Shown here: in pieces, positions 46,786 through 60,656 of the stretch
Layout: every line of letters begins with the position of its first letter
How positions within the stretch are numbered: the stretch's first letter is position 1
Assembly: GCA_012178725.1 (NCBI GenBank)
Contig: GCA_012178725.1_3030.1
Length of the DNA: 64,000 bases
DNA from: a phage
Reading direction: 5' to 3' (one strand)
Translations under genes and position numbers: made by a program
The notes under the pieces: generated by a model
Database searches by the model: none
What the model was told of the DNA's origin: nothing
What the model saw: the letters and a program-made list of their open reading frames with translations, nothing else

Positions 46786-47120
46786 TTCATAATCACCAGA
46801 TAAGCAGATTTAGCAGTTTCTACACGATAAATTTCGTGACGAAGTTTAGTTATACTTTTAATAACAGAACTAATTATATTCTGCCCATCTTTAAAGCGGT
46901 TTTTCTTATCAATGAAAATTGCACCAGCCATCTTTTTGTGAAGCTCAACTGGATACTTCGTCACAATAATAGCATCATACACAGAAGGATGAATACTATT
47001 CACTAGAGTATCATTCATTAAAGTTATTCTAATGAACTGTGCTGTTTCAGAATCAAGCGCTCTATGATCGCCAGTATCATTTTCAAGACAATTATCAATT
47101 ATATCAGTTAAATTCATCAT
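46782..47120 (-). CDS. Hypothetical protein (cd.1 position)
   Basis: 112 aa. Confidence 0.6.
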   Translation of the reverse strand: MMNLTDIIDNCLENDTGDHRALDSETAQFIRITLMNDTLVNSIHPSVYDAIIVTKYPVELHKKMAGAIFIDKKNRFKDGQNIISSVIKSITKLRHEIYRVETAKSAYLVIMK

Positions 47121-47353
47121 AGTACGCCATACACCCTTTGTGCTTCAACTAATCCATCGAAATCCAGTTTAAGATGCGATATTTGATCGCCATCACCTGG
47201 ATTCACAATTACTAATACTGAACGAGGAGTTTCGGTAATAACACGAACCGATGTTTCAGGAAATCGTTCAGAAACCCTATTTACTAATTCCTGCGCAAAT
47301 AGTTTAACTTTTTCTTGGAATTCTTTAACAGTAATTGGTTTTTCACTTAGCAT
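47117..47353 (-). CDS. Hypothetical protein (cd.2 position)
   Basis: 78 aa. Confidence 0.55.
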   Translation of the reverse strand: MLSEKPITVKEFQEKVKLFAQELVNRVSERFPETSVRVITETPRSVLVIVNPGDGDQISHLKLDFDGLVEAQRVYGVL

Positions 47354-47874
47354 GTTGATCCCAGCTCCTTACTTTCAACGTTTTTAACTAATTTGACAGA
47401 AACTAATTCAGCATCTTGAGTAATCATTACCGGACCTTCTTCATACTCTTCAAGATATTCTAGAGCTTTCTTTTTAGCTTCTTCTTTCGTATCAGTTTGA
47501 GCATAGATATAAAACATACAACCAGTAATACCTACTACTTTCCACTTAATTTCTTTATCAGCTTTAATTTCAAATTTACTGACAGAATCATCTTTTTGAA
47601 CTTCTTCGAAAAAAGAATATTCTAACATATAAGCAATTGAAAATAACGGGCTAACTTTATAGGATTCGCCCATTACGTCAACAGCTTTATACCAGCAGTC
47701 ATCAATTTCGCGTTTAATGCTAATAACATTCTTTGCAGGGTCAATTTTTACTTTAAATGAATTTTCCCCAATAAACTGGGCAATTCGTTTATTAGCCCCG
47801 CAAGTTTCATTAAAAATATCTTTATATCCAGCTTTAAAGCGATAAACCTTATCTTCTTCAAACCATTCGCTCAT
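47347..47874 (-). CDS. Hypothetical protein (cd.3 position)
   Basis: 175 aa; own early promoter. Confidence 0.6.
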   Translation of the reverse strand: MSEWFEEDKVYRFKAGYKDIFNETCGANKRIAQFIGENSFKVKIDPAKNVISIKREIDDCWYKAVDVMGESYKVSPLFSIAYMLEYSFFEEVQKDDSVSKFEIKADKEIKWKVVGITGCMFYIYAQTDTKEEAKKKALEYLEEYEEGPVMITQDAELVSVKLVKNVESKELGSTC

Positions 47875-47905
47875 TTCAATTTCCTCGTTTGTTTTGGTAG
47901 AGCTA

Positions 47906-47935
47906 TAATATCACAACTCTACCGTAAAGTAAACT
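47906..47935 (-). promoter_or_regulatory. Early promoter GTTTAC-N18-TGaTATTAT
   Basis: -35 at 47930-47935, -10 at 47906-47911. Confidence 0.6.
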
Positions 47936-47936
47936 A

Positions 47937-48212
47937 TTAAATTGCTTTGAATTCTGCTGTCTGCGATTCAAAACGAATGTCGCCTTTGATAACTAACTCA
48001 GCATCAAGACCGAATACAACAATGATATGCGCTGAACCTGGATACAACGTAATTGCAATAGAATCCACTTGGTCTGGAAGCAAAGTATTCAATACATGAG
48101 TCACTTGAGCATGAATTCGAAGCTCGGCTGCGTTATCAAGCTTTTCAAACATATTATTAGCGATAATTTGACTAAACACTACTTCTACGATTTTAGAATA
48201 AGTCGGAAACAT
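47937..48212 (-). CDS. Hypothetical protein (cd.4 position)
   Basis: 91 aa. Confidence 0.55.
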   Translation of the reverse strand: MFPTYSKIVEVVFSQIIANNMFEKLDNAAELRIHAQVTHVLNTLLPDQVDSIAITLYPGSAHIIVVFGLDAELVIKGDIRFESQTAEFKAI

Positions 48213-48214
48213 AT

Positions 48215-48415
48215 TTACCTCACATAATTTTCTTCAAGCCAATCAATAACATCCAACGCATTATCAAAAGTTGAACCATCTACTTTGTCTTCTGTTTCAT
48301 AATCAAGAACATCTAAGCCTAATCTTCCGTTAACAATAGGCCATAGACAAAATAGATATTTCTTTTCTTTTTCAATTTTATCACAAAGACGATAAATCTT
48401 TTCTAGGTTATTCAT
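48215..48415 (-). CDS. Hypothetical protein (cd.5 position)
   Basis: 66 aa. Confidence 0.5.
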   Translation of the reverse strand: MNNLEKIYRLCDKIEKEKKYLFCLWPIVNGRLGLDVLDYETEDKVDGSTFDNALDVIDWLEENYVR

Positions 48416-48604
48416 AAGTTTTCCATGGTAAAGGCAGTTTAGTTTTCTTTACTGTTAGTTCAACATCGGGATTCTTTTCTCTTAATTTAAGACATTCCTC
48501 CCATGCTCTGATTTCACTAGTGAAAACACAAAATTGACCATTACTAGTACCAACTAAACCGCTATTTACAATAACAATAGCCCAAGTTTCATGATGCAAA
48601 GCCA

Positions 48605-48605
<1 letters not shown>
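48408..48605 (-). CDS. Hypothetical small protein just downstream of pseT
   Basis: ORF-track 48408..48635; start moved to the internal Met whose ATG overlaps the pseT stop. Confidence 0.45.
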
Positions 48606-49826
<1,221 letters not shown>

Positions 49827-49830
<4 letters not shown>

Positions 49831-50063
49831 TTATTTTTCTCAACCAATGATTGAATATAATCATGCAGGTCTTTAGATGCTTTACCCCACTTATTTTGAT
49901 ATTCATTTTTGAGATTAGCGCGTGATTGAGCTAATAAAACATCATTAGTTGGAGGTAAAGATTCTAATCGCTGAATCTGGCGTCCATAAATCATTGCAGC
50001 CATCTCGGATTCATAAATCAATCCTTTAAGATGTTCAAATTGATGCCATGAAATCATTTGCAT
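49827..50063 (-). CDS. Hypothetical protein
   Basis: 78 aa. Confidence 0.5.
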
Positions 50064-50353
50064 TTATCCTCTTTTAACTCTTGACGATAATAACATATCA
50101 TAGTTTTCTGGTCATGTACATATCGTTTTACATCATTAAGCCAAATACGAAATTCCTGGGAATCTTCAAATGGCATACCGACCCAAGCTTTACCATCAAT
50201 AACTTTAACTTGCCAAGATAGTTTAGCTTCATCATATGACTTTATCTGCACAGGCCAATTAGGATGAACTGTTTCTTTCTTTACTTCTAGAGGCTTTGTC
50301 GAACAACCAACTAGAAGACCAATAGATAATATTACTGCTGATAGTCTAATCAT
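50054..50353 (-). CDS. pseT.2: Outer-membrane spanin (lipoprotein, Rz1-like)
   Basis: 99 aa; signal peptide with lipobox LVGC (MIRLSAVILSIGLLVGCSTKP). Confidence 0.75.
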   Translation of the reverse strand: MIRLSAVILSIGLLVGCSTKPLEVKKETVHPNWPVQIKSYDEAKLSWQVKVIDGKAWVGMPFEDSQEFRIWLNDVKRYVHDQKTMICYYRQELKEDKCK

Positions 50354-50703
50354 TTAGAAAGGTCCTGGATGTCTTCTGCGAACTTGTTGAAGGAGTTATT
50401 GATTTGTTTTTCAACCAATCCTGGCTTATGAGCCACCACATCCGCCTTCTTTGCGTCTTTGCGCAGTTTTTCATTTTCACGCTCAATAGCAGCAATTGCC
50501 TCACGATTTTTATTATTCATCGCATCAATATAATTATACTGAATTCGCAAATTATTTAATGCTAAGGCGTTTTCATTGGCCGTTTTTGTAATTTCAGTAA
50601 CCGATGTTTCTAATCTTTCTACCTTATTTTTTAAAATAATAGATGTTCCGCCAAATACTATTACAAGTAATAGCAAACCTGCTGTCGTATTACTTAATTG
50701 CAT
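50350..50703 (-). CDS. pseT.3: Inner-membrane spanin (Rz-like), N-terminal TM anchor and coiled coil
   Basis: 117 aa; hydrophobic GLLLLVIVFGGTSIIL then coiled-coil periplasmic region; directly upstream of the lipoprotein gene. Confidence 0.75.
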   Translation of the reverse strand: MQLSNTTAGLLLLVIVFGGTSIILKNKVERLETSVTEITKTANENALALNNLRIQYNYIDAMNNKNREAIAAIERENEKLRKDAKKADVVAHKPGLVEKQINNSFNKFAEDIQDLSK

Positions 50704-51197
50704 AAAGTTTTAATAACCTCTATAATATCGTCTTGAGAAAGACCGTTAATTAAAATATGATGTTCCGCCGGAGATTTAGAAATTTTAAAGCATGCCGCAA
50801 CATCTTCTGCCATATCCGATGCGCTACGATTTGGATTACTAATTCCAAGACGATGTTTTCCCGTTAAAGGATTAACGATGATATAGCATTTACAGCTATT
50901 GATATGAACATTAGGTTGAGTCTGATTAATGAACACTTCACAATCATACTTAGCGAGTTGATTTTCTAAAAAGACTTTCATCTCTTCAACCGCATCAGGA
51001 AGCATATCACGGGCTTGCTCAAGACGACGATTTCGATATTCTTTAATGGTCGTTTTCCGCTTGACTTGCTTAGCTAAATCTTTCTTAAGATCGGTGATAT
51101 ATCCAACTCGACGATTTCCTTTAAATACAGAAATCCCATCTGTAGTATCACCGTATGCTTCAACGACCATTTCAGTAGTAATAAGCTGCAAATCCAT
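50694..51197 (-). CDS. alc: Alc (blocks host transcription on cytosine-containing DNA)
   Basis: 167 aa from MDLQLITTEMVVEAYGDTTDG... Confidence 0.9.
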   Translation of the reverse strand: MDLQLITTEMVVEAYGDTTDGISVFKGNRRVGYITDLKKDLAKQVKRKTTIKEYRNRRLEQARDMLPDAVEEMKVFLENQLAKYDCEVFINQTQPNVHINSCKCYIIVNPLTGKHRLGISNPNRSASDMAEDVAACFKISKSPAEHHILINGLSQDDIIEVIKTLCN

Positions 51198-51228
51198 CAT
51201 AAAGTCCTCATGTTATGTCAGTAAGATT

Positions 51229-51258
51229 ACTATAACACAACACGAGGGACTTGTAAAC
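51229..51258 (-). promoter_or_regulatory. Early promoter GTTTAC-N18-TGtTATAGT; near-identical to the element at 35405-35440
   Basis: -35 at 51253-51258, -10 at 51229-51234. Confidence 0.6.
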
Positions 51259-51261
51259 AGC

Positions 51262-52849
<1,588 letters not shown>

Positions 52850-52876
52850 AATAAAATGGGCCTTGCGGCCCACTCC

Positions 52877-54046
52877 TTAAAAGTATTTTTTAAAACTCAT
52901 CATAACTTTATCATCAACATCATTATCAATCTGTGCAACAAGGTAAGATGACAGTTCTACTTCTTGTGGCGCGGATTGAACATTATCAGAATTAAGGTAT
53001 TCACGAATCCAAGGATATGGATGTTTAACCGGAGCATCGGTAATTGGGCATGGAAGATCGCACTGTTTCATACGAGATACAGTTAAGTAATCAATAAAGC
53101 TCCACATGCTATTTGTATTTAATCCAGGAACATCACCATCTTTAAATAAATGAACTGCCCAATCTTTTTCTTGGCGGTTAACTTCCATGAAAATATCAAC
53201 TGCTTCTTGTTCACACTCTTGGGCGATTTTAACCCATTCATCACCATCAGTGCCAAGCTGAAGTTGACGAATAATATATTGGGTGCCTTTAAGGTGAAGC
53301 TGCTCATCACGTGCAATGAACTTCATAATCTTGGCATTACCTTCCATGATTTCCATGTTCTTATGGAAGTTAAAGGTACACGCGAAAGATACATAAAAAC
53401 GAATAGCTTCTAAGGCATTAATAACGTGCAAACAGAGGTAAAGAGACTTCATTAAAGCACGTTTAGTACATGCAACAACTTTGCCTAACTCTTCTTTACG
53501 AAATCCTTCTGATAAAATTCCTTCATATTCTTCTTTAGCATTTTCCCATTCACGGGTTTTAATTAGAACGTCATCATAATAGCGACCGATAGATTCAGCG
53601 CGTTTCATAATAGCTTCATCTAATACAATCTCATCAAATACCTTCGATGGATCAGTATAAAGATTTCGCATGATATGTGTATATGAACGACTGTGAATAG
53701 TTTCACTAAAAGTCCATGTAGCAACCCATGTATCAAGACTTGGGTCTGAAATTAATGACATAAGTACAGCAGATGGCGCACGACCTTGAATGCTATCCAA
53801 AAGTGATTGATACTTCAGGTTATTAGTAAAAATATTTTGCTGATACTGAGGAAGCTTATTAAACTGCGCAGAATCCATCATTAAGTTTACTTCTTCAGGC
53901 CGCCAGAAAAATGACAATTGCTTTTCGGTCAAATCTTCAAAAACTTTATGGCGTTGAATATCATAACGCGCAATACCAAGACCTGAACCAAAAAACATAG
54001 GTTCTTTTAAAACATCAACTGGATTTGTATTAAAAACTGTGCTCAT
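52877..54046 (-). CDS. nrdB: Ribonucleotide reductase small subunit (aerobic, class Ia), uninterrupted
   Basis: 389 aa continuous ORF; no intron. Confidence 0.97.
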   Translation of the reverse strand: MSTVFNTNPVDVLKEPMFFGSGLGIARYDIQRHKVFEDLTEKQLSFFWRPEEVNLMMDSAQFNKLPQYQQNIFTNNLKYQSLLDSIQGRAPSAVLMSLISDPSLDTWVATWTFSETIHSRSYTHIMRNLYTDPSKVFDEIVLDEAIMKRAESIGRYYDDVLIKTREWENAKEEYEGILSEGFRKEELGKVVACTKRALMKSLYLCLHVINALEAIRFYVSFACTFNFHKNMEIMEGNAKIMKFIARDEQLHLKGTQYIIRQLQLGTDGDEWVKIAQECEQEAVDIFMEVNRQEKDWAVHLFKDGDVPGLNTNSMWSFIDYLTVSRMKQCDLPCPITDAPVKHPYPWIREYLNSDNVQSAPQEVELSSYLVAQIDNDVDDKVMMSFKKYF

Positions 54047-54099
54047 AAATTTTCCACTTAGTTAATAGATAGTGACTCGTCCCCATGAGTCAAATTATA

Positions 54100-56364
54100 T
54101 CATAATTTACAGGATGAACAATCTTCAGCTTTTGGAGTTTCTATTTCATAATCATCAGTACCAGAACCATCTCGGGTATTATGATAATAGAAATTTTTTC
54201 CACCAAAGTACCAAAAATACAAAAGGTCATCAATCATTATTGACATTGGAACCTTTCCTTTTGGAAAAATCTGCGGGTCATAATATGTATTTGCTGAAGC
54301 TGATTGACATACCCATTTAAGCATAATAGCTACTTGCGTAAGATAAGGTTTATTACCTTTCTTAGCTAATTTCCATGTATAATCATAGAGGTCTATGTTA
54401 TGCTCAATATTGGGCACGACCTGATTAAAGGAGCCCTCTTTTGATTCTTTAACAGAGACTGGTCCACGTGGAGGCTCGATACCGTTTGTACTGTTAGATA
54501 CCTGACTGGACGATTCACAAGGCATCAACGCGGATAAAGTAGAATTTCTAATTCCATGCTGTTTGAGTTCAGATCGAAGTTCGTCCCAATCACACACGTA
54601 GTTGGGCGCAGCGATTTGGTCAATCTTTTTATTGTACCAGTCGATAGGTAATTCGCCTCGAGACCAACGAGTGTCTGAATAATATTCGCAAGGTCCTTTT
54701 TCTTTGGCGAGCTTAATGGATGCTTTAATGAGTCCATACTGTAATCTCTCAAATAGTTCATGTGTTAAATCGTTAGCATCTTCATAAGAAGCAAAGTTAC
54801 TTGCCAGCCAAGCTGCATAGTTGGTAACACCTACGCCAAGGTTACGACGCTTTTTAGCTTTTTCTGCTTCAGGAACTGGATATCCTTGGTAATCCAACAG
54901 ATTATCAAGAGCACGAACTTGAACTTCTGCCAATTCATTAATTTTATCTTGGTCTTGCCAGTCAAAATTATCTAATACGAATGCAGAGAGAGTACACAAT
55001 CCAATTTCAGCATCAGGACTATTCACATCATTTGTTGGAATAGCAATTTCACAGCACAAGTTACTCTGACGAATAGGTGCCTTTTCACGAATAAACGGAG
55101 TATAGTTATTCGTATTATCAATGAACTGTACATAAATCCTTGCTGTTCCTGAACGTTCAGTCATGAGCAATTCAAATAGTTCACGGGCTTTAATACGCTT
55201 TTTACGAATATTAGGGTCTTTTTCTGCTGCTTCGTATAATTCACGGAAACGGTCTTGGTCTTTAAAATAAGAATAATAAAGCTCTCCACCCATTTCATGC
55301 GGACTGAACAAAGTAATGTAATCGTTCTTTCCGAATCGTTCCATCATCAAATCATTCAGCTGAACACCATAATCCATATGACGAATTCGGTTTTCTTCTA
55401 CGCCTTTGTTATTTTTCAAAACGAGAAGATTTTCAACTTCCAAATGCCAAATAGGATAATAAGCAGTAGCAGCGCCGCCACGAATTCCACCCTGTGAACA
55501 TGATTTAACTGCAGTCTGAAAATGTTTCCAAAAAGGAATAACACCAGTATGGCGTACTTCACCCATGCCAATCTTAGAACCTTCGGCACGAATCATACCA
55601 ACGTTAATACCAATTCCAGCTCGTTTGGAAATATATTCAACAATTGAAGCAGAAGCCTTATTGATAGACTTCAGCGAATCACCTGCCTCAATAACAACAC
55701 ATGAACTAAATTGCCGAGTCGGAGTACGGCAACCAGCCATAATAGGAGTTGGCAATGAAATCTGTCGAGTAGATACTGCTTCATAAAAACGAATAACATG
55801 TTTTAATCTGTCAACAGGTTCATCTTGATGCAATGCCATTCCAATAGTCATAAATGCAAACTGCGGAGTTTCATAAATTTGACCAGTGGTTTTATCTTTA
55901 ACGAGATATTTTTCTTTTAATTGCATCGCCCCGGAATAAGTAAATTCCATATCCCGCTCGTGCTTAATTTTTGATTCTAAAAATGTAATTTCTTCTGCTG
56001 AATATTTTGACAACAATTCAGGGTCATATTTACCTTCATTTACGCAGTAAGAAATATGGTCAATAAATGAACGCGGTTCATATTGTCCGTAAACATGCTT
56101 ACGAAGAGCAAACATTAAACAGCGTGCAGCTACGTATTGATAATCAGGCTCTTCAACTGAAATAGAATTCGCAGCAGCCTTAATGACAATAGTCTGAATG
56201 TCATCAGTTGTCATTCCATCACGGAGATAAGATTTAATATTTTCATATAATTCATAAGGATCTACTGATGTTCCCTCAGCTGCCCAAGATAAAACTTTAA
56301 TAATTTTTTGTGGGTCAAAGCTCTGAGAAACACCACTACTTTTGATAACATTAATTAATTGCAT
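54100..56364 (-). CDS. nrdA: Ribonucleotide reductase large subunit (aerobic, class Ia)
   Basis: 754 aa; MQLINVIKSSGVSQSFDPQKIIKVLSWA (ATP-cone) ... CSSCKL tail. Confidence 0.97.
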   Translation of the reverse strand: MQLINVIKSSGVSQSFDPQKIIKVLSWAAEGTSVDPYELYENIKSYLRDGMTTDDIQTIVIKAAANSISVEEPDYQYVAARCLMFALRKHVYGQYEPRSFIDHISYCVNEGKYDPELLSKYSAEEITFLESKIKHERDMEFTYSGAMQLKEKYLVKDKTTGQIYETPQFAFMTIGMALHQDEPVDRLKHVIRFYEAVSTRQISLPTPIMAGCRTPTRQFSSCVVIEAGDSLKSINKASASIVEYISKRAGIGINVGMIRAEGSKIGMGEVRHTGVIPFWKHFQTAVKSCSQGGIRGGAATAYYPIWHLEVENLLVLKNNKGVEENRIRHMDYGVQLNDLMMERFGKNDYITLFSPHEMGGELYYSYFKDQDRFRELYEAAEKDPNIRKKRIKARELFELLMTERSGTARIYVQFIDNTNNYTPFIREKAPIRQSNLCCEIAIPTNDVNSPDAEIGLCTLSAFVLDNFDWQDQDKINELAEVQVRALDNLLDYQGYPVPEAEKAKKRRNLGVGVTNYAAWLASNFASYEDANDLTHELFERLQYGLIKASIKLAKEKGPCEYYSDTRWSRGELPIDWYNKKIDQIAAPNYVCDWDELRSELKQHGIRNSTLSALMPCESSSQVSNSTNGIEPPRGPVSVKESKEGSFNQVVPNIEHNIDLYDYTWKLAKKGNKPYLTQVAIMLKWVCQSASANTYYDPQIFPKGKVPMSIMIDDLLYFWYFGGKNFYYHNTRDGSGTDDYEIETPKAEDCSSCKL

Positions 56365-56680
56365 AAGTCCTCAACTTGAAAATCGTCTTTAAACAATCGG
56401 TTAACTATATGAGCTATTATATCACCATGACACGGCTTTGGTTTACATGTGCATCCTAGCCTCATTCCACGTAAAGGCTCTAAATGTGCTTTAGTTATTT
56501 CTCCGGATTTAATTCGACGTATAAATCTTTTTTGAATAATTCAATGGCAGCCTCCCGGCTGCCAGCATCTTTACCGACGTAATTTCCCCAAAATGTACCA
56601 CGGTGAATATTAACATCAAAGTCGGATTTATATTTATTCACTACCCGACATAGACGGCCCGCGCGGTGATAATTCGGCAT
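56355..56680 (-). pseudogene. Small gene split by a frameshift; CxC...PCHGD motif (DUF4326-like, from memory) in the downstream -1 frame
   Basis: Frame A (56495..56680) ends at TAA; the -1 frame stays open to 56355 and encodes ...LEPLRGMRLGCTCKPKPCHGDIIAHIVNRL...; frames meet at the A6 run (plus T6, 56528-56533). Confidence 0.55.
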
Positions 56681-56897
56681 ATTGTTTTTCCGTTAAAACA
56701 GTAATATCATAATAACAGTCAGAAGAAATTTTAATGGTGGAAACTTTATTATCAAAATACTCACGGGTCATTTTATGAGTATAATATTTTTTGCCATAAA
56801 TGATAATAGGCTGATTTGGTCCTGGAACTTCTAACTCGCTTGGGTTAGGAAGTGTAAAAAGAACTGCACCAGAAGTATCTTTAAATCGTAAAATCAT
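56634..56897 (-). CDS. Hypothetical protein (nrdA.1 position)
   Basis: 87 aa ORF downstream of td. Confidence 0.55.
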   Translation of the reverse strand: MILRFKDTSGAVLFTLPNPSELEVPGPNQPIIIYGKKYYTHKMTREYFDNKVSTIKISSDCYYDITVLTEKQYAELSPRGPSMSGSE

Positions 56898-56920
56898 AAA
56901 TCCTCACAATTAAATTAAAA

Positions 56921-57780
56921 TTACACCGCCATCTTTCCTTTAATTGGCGGGTGAGATACATAGTCGTTAAGAACAAAATTATGCGGCTTTGCGAATTGAC
57001 TCAACCAAAATACCTGTGATTCTGTGTCCCATTCATCAAATTCATCTGGGAATTTTAATTGTAATTCGCATAAATCCATAGGTTCACGACGCAAAATTTC
57101 TTTACATTGTTCTACGTGATTCATATAGATATGAGTATTACCGCCAGAAAATATCAAATCTCCCGGAATAAGATTACATATCTTAGCTACAATATGAACT
57201 AACGCAGCATATGATGCAATATTAAATGGAAGACCGAGGAAAACATCTACTGATCGTTGATACCACTGAAGGTCAAGGTATCCATTACGAACATTAAATT
57301 GATAGAACATATGACAAGGTGGTAATGCCATCTGCTTGAGTTCAGTTGGATTCCATGCTGAAATAATTTGACGCCTATCATTTGGCAGTTTTTTAATACG
57401 ATCAATAACTTCTATAATTTGGTCTACACCACCAAAATCACGCCACTGTTTTCCATAAATTGGACCAAGTTCACCGCTATGGTATCCTAAATCTTTTGCT
57501 TGATTTTCGTAATTTTCATCCCAGACTGTTTTGCCTTGAATTAATGAATCATGTTGAATTAATCGCAAATCATTGACATTTGTGCTTCCTGATAAAAACC
57601 ATATTAGCTCAGCAATGCATGCATTCCAGGCGAGCTTTTTAGTTGTTACTGCAGGAAAACCTTTGGTTAAATCCCAACGCAATTTAGTACCGAACAAAGC
57701 AATTGTTCCTGTGCCCGTTCGGTCATCGGTTTCATAGCCATTTTCAAAAATGTCTTTAATTAAATCTTGGTATTGTTTCA

Positions 57781-57781
<1 letters not shown>
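56921..57781 (-). CDS. td: Thymidylate synthase, uninterrupted
   Basis: 286 aa from MKQYQDLIKDIFENGYETDDRTGTG...; continuous, no intron; in-frame upstream ATG at 57793 also possible. Confidence 0.97.
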
Positions 57782-58809
<1,028 letters not shown>

Positions 58810-58825
<16 letters not shown>

Positions 58826-59169
58826 TGAAAAGAGCTAGAAGCAAATCCGCTATCTTTAATCATTTTAACTAAAGTTACCATTCCTCTGTTAACTGCTTGT
58901 GCGATTTCATCAAAAACTTCATCACTATCACCATAAAGATCACTAAAAAGTTCTAACACGTTCTTCTGAACTTTTAATTTACAGCCAACAAATTCGCCTA
59001 CAGTAAATTCGTTTCCGCCAATTCCAGCGTAAAACGTAATTACACCAGTTAATGGTCTTTCACTAGAACATAGGTCGTGTGATAAATTAATATAAGCCGT
59101 CCCGGGTGCAGTTTTAAGTTGGCAACGAATACTTACTCGAGCAATTCCAGCTACACGAATGTCAGACAT
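58810..59169 (-). CDS. Hypothetical protein (frd.2 position)
   Basis: 119 aa. Confidence 0.6.
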
Positions 59170-59179
59170 AATATTTTCC

Positions 59180-59422
59180 TCAAACAGACTTTTTCACAAT
59201 TTTCCAATCAGTTTTAAACTGATCGACGTCAGAATGATAAATCCAGAATCCTGCGCTTTCTCCATCTTCATAAAGAGGACATCCATCGCATTCATCTTCC
59301 CATCCCATATCACGTAAAAGATGTTCAGCTTTTTCAACGAGCTCAGAATCTTTACCGATGATATTAAAATACCATTTACCTCTAACTTCTGAATCTTTGA
59401 TGCTCTGACGTTGTAATCTCAT
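59180..59422 (-). CDS. Hypothetical protein (frd.3 position)
   Basis: 80 aa; own early promoter. Confidence 0.6.
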   Translation of the reverse strand: MRLQRQSIKDSEVRGKWYFNIIGKDSELVEKAEHLLRDMGWEDECDGCPLYEDGESAGFWIYHSDVDQFKTDWKIVKKSV

Positions 59423-59459
59423 TTTATTCTCCAGTTATTTGGTAACTCAGTATGGGACC

Positions 59460-59489
59460 ATTATATCATAGCCCCATTTAGTTGTACAC
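59460..59489 (-). promoter_or_regulatory. Early promoter GTGTAC-N18-TGaTATAAT
   Basis: -35 at 59484-59489, -10 TATAAT at 59460-59465. Confidence 0.55.
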
Positions 59490-59495
59490 TACTTT

Positions 59496-59873
59496 TTACT
59501 GAATATCAAAAGTTGCTTTAATCAGTGCAATGACTTCTGCCGCATTTTTATGATTTACCTGTACATGAATGGTTTGAGTATCATCAACATCATCAGAAGC
59601 ATCGCTATCAACTTCCAGGAAGTGACAGAATTCCCATTCAGCGAGTTCAAAGTACTCATCATCATCACTCATACTATTCAGGATGGTGCCATCTTTCATT
59701 TCAACTTTTTCAACAAAATAATCACCTTCAATATAACACATATCCAGGACTTTGAAGGAACTGCCATGTTGTTCCATCAACTTGACCATGCACGAATTAG
59801 CATCAGGATTACCAGCGATGAATCGTTTTTTTGCAGCAGGGTCTAATACGTAAAATTTACCAGTTTCCATCAT
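59496..59873 (-). CDS. Hypothetical protein, paralog of 59932..60312
   Basis: 125 aa; shares the NS.VK..E.GG.F.V...Y..V..IE...G and EF.CF.E ... VDE.I.L...TF pattern with the upstream ORF. Confidence 0.6.
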   Translation of the reverse strand: MMETGKFYVLDPAAKKRFIAGNPDANSCMVKLMEQHGSSFKVLDMCYIEGDYFVEKVEMKDGTILNSMSDDDEYFELAEWEFCHFLEVDSDASDDVDDTQTIHVQVNHKNAAEVIALIKATFDIQ

Positions 59874-59901
59874 TTTAATTTCCTCATGTAGTTGATAAGG
59901 C

Positions 59902-59931
59902 TATAGTATCATTACCATAGCCCGTTGTAAA
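59902..59931 (-). promoter_or_regulatory. Early promoter GTTTAC-N18-TGaTACTAT
   Basis: -35 at 59926-59931. Confidence 0.5.
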
Positions 59932-60312
59932 CTACTTTTTGAAAGTTTTTCGCAAAAGTTCAATGATTTCATCTACATTGTTTTCGTCAACAATGCAGTG
60001 AATTTTTGTTACGCCAGAAACCGGGTCTTTGACTTCATCTTTTTCAGAAGTCGGTTCTTTATACTCACGAAAACAATGAAATTCGTCTTCGCAAATTTCT
60101 AAAAGTCTATCTTTGAGGTAAAAATGTTTTCCATTTGCGCATTCAATGTGTTTTACTGCTTTATATCCATTAGCGACGGAAACTTCTTTAACTTCAAACC
60201 ATCCGCCATTCTCTCGAATGGCTTTAACTATTGATGAATTAGAACGTGGGCTATAATTAATAAATGTATCAATAAGTCTTGGAACAAGTTCATACTTTCT
60301 ACCAGTATACAT
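59932..60312 (-). CDS. Hypothetical protein, paralog of 59496..59873
   Basis: 126 aa. Confidence 0.6.
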   Translation of the reverse strand: MYTGRKYELVPRLIDTFINYSPRSNSSIVKAIRENGGWFEVKEVSVANGYKAVKHIECANGKHFYLKDRLLEICEDEFHCFREYKEPTSEKDEVKDPVSGVTKIHCIVDENNVDEIIELLRKTFKK

Positions 60313-60332
60313 AATGTTTCCTCATTTTAATA

Positions 60333-60350
60333 GGGGCTTGATAGCCCCTT
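60333..60350 (-). other. Hairpin aggggc-ttgata-gcccct between the small early genes
   Basis: Inverted repeat read directly. Confidence 0.4.
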
Positions 60351-60355
60351 AATAA

Positions 60356-60574
60356 TTATTGTTCGATCAGTCCCATGTAAAATTCTGCGTCTTCAGAATC
60401 CATGCCATCGCAATATTCATTAGCCATAAAGCGGGTGAGGTCTTCAAGAGGACCTTCAATAACGATTTGAATACTCCAAAACTTAGAATCTTGTACGCTT
60501 GTGATACTAAGTTCAGGATAACGATTACGAATAATTTCTTCGATATATTCAAAATCAACGATGTCAATATCAAC
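60356..60574 (-). CDS. Hypothetical acidic protein
   Basis: Start set at [13 protein letters not shown] (GAGG Shine-Dalgarno); the longer ORF-track version would run through the promoter. Confidence 0.55.
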   Translation of the reverse strand, partial: VDIDIVDFEYIEEIIRNRYPELSITSVQDSKFWSIQIVIEGPLEDLTRFMANEYCDGMDSEDAEFYMGLIEQ

Positions 60575-60626
60575 TTTAGCCATATTATTTTCCTCTTTAA
60601 TTATTAGCAGTATTGCCGATAGTTTT

Positions 60627-60656
60627 ATAGTACCATGGAAGGACAAGGATGTAAAC
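60627..60656 (-). promoter_or_regulatory. Early promoter GTTTAC-N18-TGgTACTAT
   Basis: -35 at 60651-60656. Confidence 0.5.

Noticed and set aside
56528-56533. Programmed -1 ribosomal frameshift as the primary explanation for the split gene upstream of nrdA
   Set aside because: The A-run is only 6 nt, no downstream stimulatory structure was evident, and the P-site codon after a -1 slip would pair poorly; a mutation or sequencing error is more parsimonious, though slippage is not excluded.
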